Both the position numbers and the translations under genes were made by a program. A DNA stretch of 63,595 nucleotides, counting the filler, from Clostridiaceae bacterium (GTDB lineage: Bacteria > Bacillota > Clostridia > CAYPLH01 > DUMO01): NCBI GenBank assembly GCA_012839865.1. It is 3 parts of 3 records of this genome, joined end to end, with 100 filler letters (N's around TTAATTAATTAA, not from the genome) between each part and the next. Parts side by side here need not be neighbours in the genome. Positions count along the whole stretch, not along the records: positions 40,816 to 63,595 come from DUMO01000011.1; 2 more parts are not named here. The stretch is one strand, 5' to 3'. Positions 62,288 through 63,595 of the stretch are shown here, in pieces (position 1 is the stretch's first letter; each line of letters starts with the position of its first letter). Under the pieces are notes generated by a model that searched no databases, was not told where the DNA came from, and worked only from the letters and a program-made list of their open reading frames with translations.

Positions 62288-63199
62288 TTATATATTCTCG
62301 GATAAAGCCTTAAACCGGGTTATTGAAGCGATAAAAACCACAAGAAACATTACAACACCTACGGCTGCACCATATCCGATTCTTCCAAATTTAAATGAAT
62401 ACTCATAGCATAAATACATCATATTGATAGTTTTGTAATTCGGACCGCCGCCGGTCATAAGGTGAATTACAGCAAAAGCACGCATAACGTTAATAAGTGT
62501 CGAAACTATAATATACAGTGTTACAGGCCGGACAAGAGGAATAAGTATCCTGCGCAGGATTACTCCCCTGCTTGCCCCGTCAATTTTTGCCGACTCAAGT
62601 ATACTTGGGTCGATACTCAACATTGCGGCAACATATAATATAACTGCCTGGCCTATTTGAAACATCCAGATCATAAAAATTACCGTCGGTATGACAAACC
62701 TTTCATCACTAAGAAAATTGACCCTTTTGATTCCAAGTATTGTTTCCATGATATACGGCACAAGCCCGACGGCGTTGTTCAAAATCCATGACCAAACTAT
62801 ACTCATGACAACCATGGAAAGTATTACAGGCAAATAAAGTGAACCGCGAATAAATGCCATATACCGTTCACTCTTGTCGAAAATGGCGCTTGAGATTATA
62901 AATCCAAAAACAACCGTAAACAAAGTTACAAAAAACATATAAATAATTGTATTTGTCAATGCGCTGAAAAAGATCTTGTCCTGCATCAACGCCCTGTAAT
63001 TATCCAGCCCGATGAACCTGTTGGATACAAAATCAAGATCATAAAAACTTAGTCTTATACCCTCAAAAATCGGATACACCATGAAAACTAAAAAAGCCAA
63101 CATTTGCGGAAAAATAAACGCATAACCTGTAAGATTCTCCTTAATGGCATTTCTCCTTTTATAATTTAGAATTCTTACCGGTTTCATGGTATCATTCAT
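62288..63199 (-). CDS. Carbohydrate ABC transporter permease (MalF-like)
   Basis: GLDNY..L..D..F, SILESAKIDGA EAA motif, MTGGGP, G.GYGAAV. Confidence 0.94.
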   Translation of the reverse strand: MNDTMKPVRILNYKRRNAIKENLTGYAFIFPQMLAFLVFMVYPIFEGIRLSFYDLDFVSNRFIGLDNYRALMQDKIFFSALTNTIIYMFFVTLFTVVFGFIISSAIFDKSERYMAFIRGSLYLPVILSMVVMSIVWSWILNNAVGLVPYIMETILGIKRVNFLSDERFVIPTVIFMIWMFQIGQAVILYVAAMLSIDPSILESAKIDGASRGVILRRILIPLVRPVTLYIIVSTLINVMRAFAVIHLMTGGGPNYKTINMMYLCYEYSFKFGRIGYGAAVGVVMFLVVFIASITRFKALSENI

Positions 63200-63300
63200 T
63201 TATAATCCCCTCTCGAAAACAAATTTTGAAGCTTTATACAATTACGCATTGACATTTTTTAAATTATCTTGTATATATCTTAAATAGTTGCATTAATAAA

Positions 63301-63445
63301 ACCAGGGTTTGGATTCTATATGGCATCAATATAAACCCTGTATGCAATGGCAATCGCCCAGGAACGCTTTATATTTATTTGTTTTAATAATTGCCTTGCA
63401 ACCGGCATGTTGCATTGCAATTAATATATAGAATCCAAACCTGGT
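63301..63445. repeat. 20/21-bp long-range inverted repeat upstream of the ABC operon
   Basis: ACCAGGGTTTGGATTCTATAT (63301-63321) vs ATATAGAATCCAAACCTGGT (63426-63445). Confidence 0.75.
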
Positions 63446-63595
63446 CAGGCAAATTATTTATACAATACAAACATTTATAAATAGATATAATTGATGCTTA
63501 AAAACCGCAAAAATAAACAATAAAAACTGGGGTAAAATTTTATGCCGGAAAAACCTTTAATTACAGTAGTAGGCTTGGGTGGGTACTCTATTTTC

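Overview
Draft-genome window from an anaerobic Clostridia-like (Bacillota) bacterium (taxon inferred from gene content). It is three contigs joined by two artificial 100-bp linkers (44 N + TTAATTAATTAA + 44 N, at 17892-17991 and 40716-40815). Contig 1 carries a complete type I-C CRISPR-Cas locus (cas3-5-8c-7-4-1-2, leader, 44 repeats/43 spacers), a membrane GGDEF protein and a Na+-translocating carboxylase/decarboxylase operon. Contig 2 is mixed housekeeping: methyltransferase, YjbQ, exonuclease III, FprA, MATE, GH2, sulfatase, radical SAM, tautomerase, an MBOAT/DHHW acylation module, aminopeptidase, hemerythrin, Hrb, asnA, pyrG and a two-component system. Contig 3 has a GGDEF protein and a large sugar/sulfated-glycan catabolic region (transglutaminase/PNGase-like protein, AGE epimerase, SrlD-like SDR, EtfBA-GlcD/LctD, sulfatase, GH-like protein, two Gfo/Idh/MocA-related genes, SIS isomerase, FAD oxidoreductase, beta-hydroxyacid dehydrogenase, ABC permeases). 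The strongest unannotated signal is a cryptic mini-CRISPR upstream of cas3 (11338-11437). It has its own promoter, a pseudo-repeat that keeps the I-C hairpin and 11-nt handle, and a 29-nt guide matching 14/16 nt, next to a TTC PAM, over the -10 box of the predicted cas promoter. This suggests Cascade-mediated RNA-guided autorepression (CreR-like). The main array also has internal structure: related tandem-repeat spacers at both ends, two spacers that overlap to rebuild a vWA MIDAS motif, synonymous-variant spacer pairs, and one spacer that is a complete consensus promoter.
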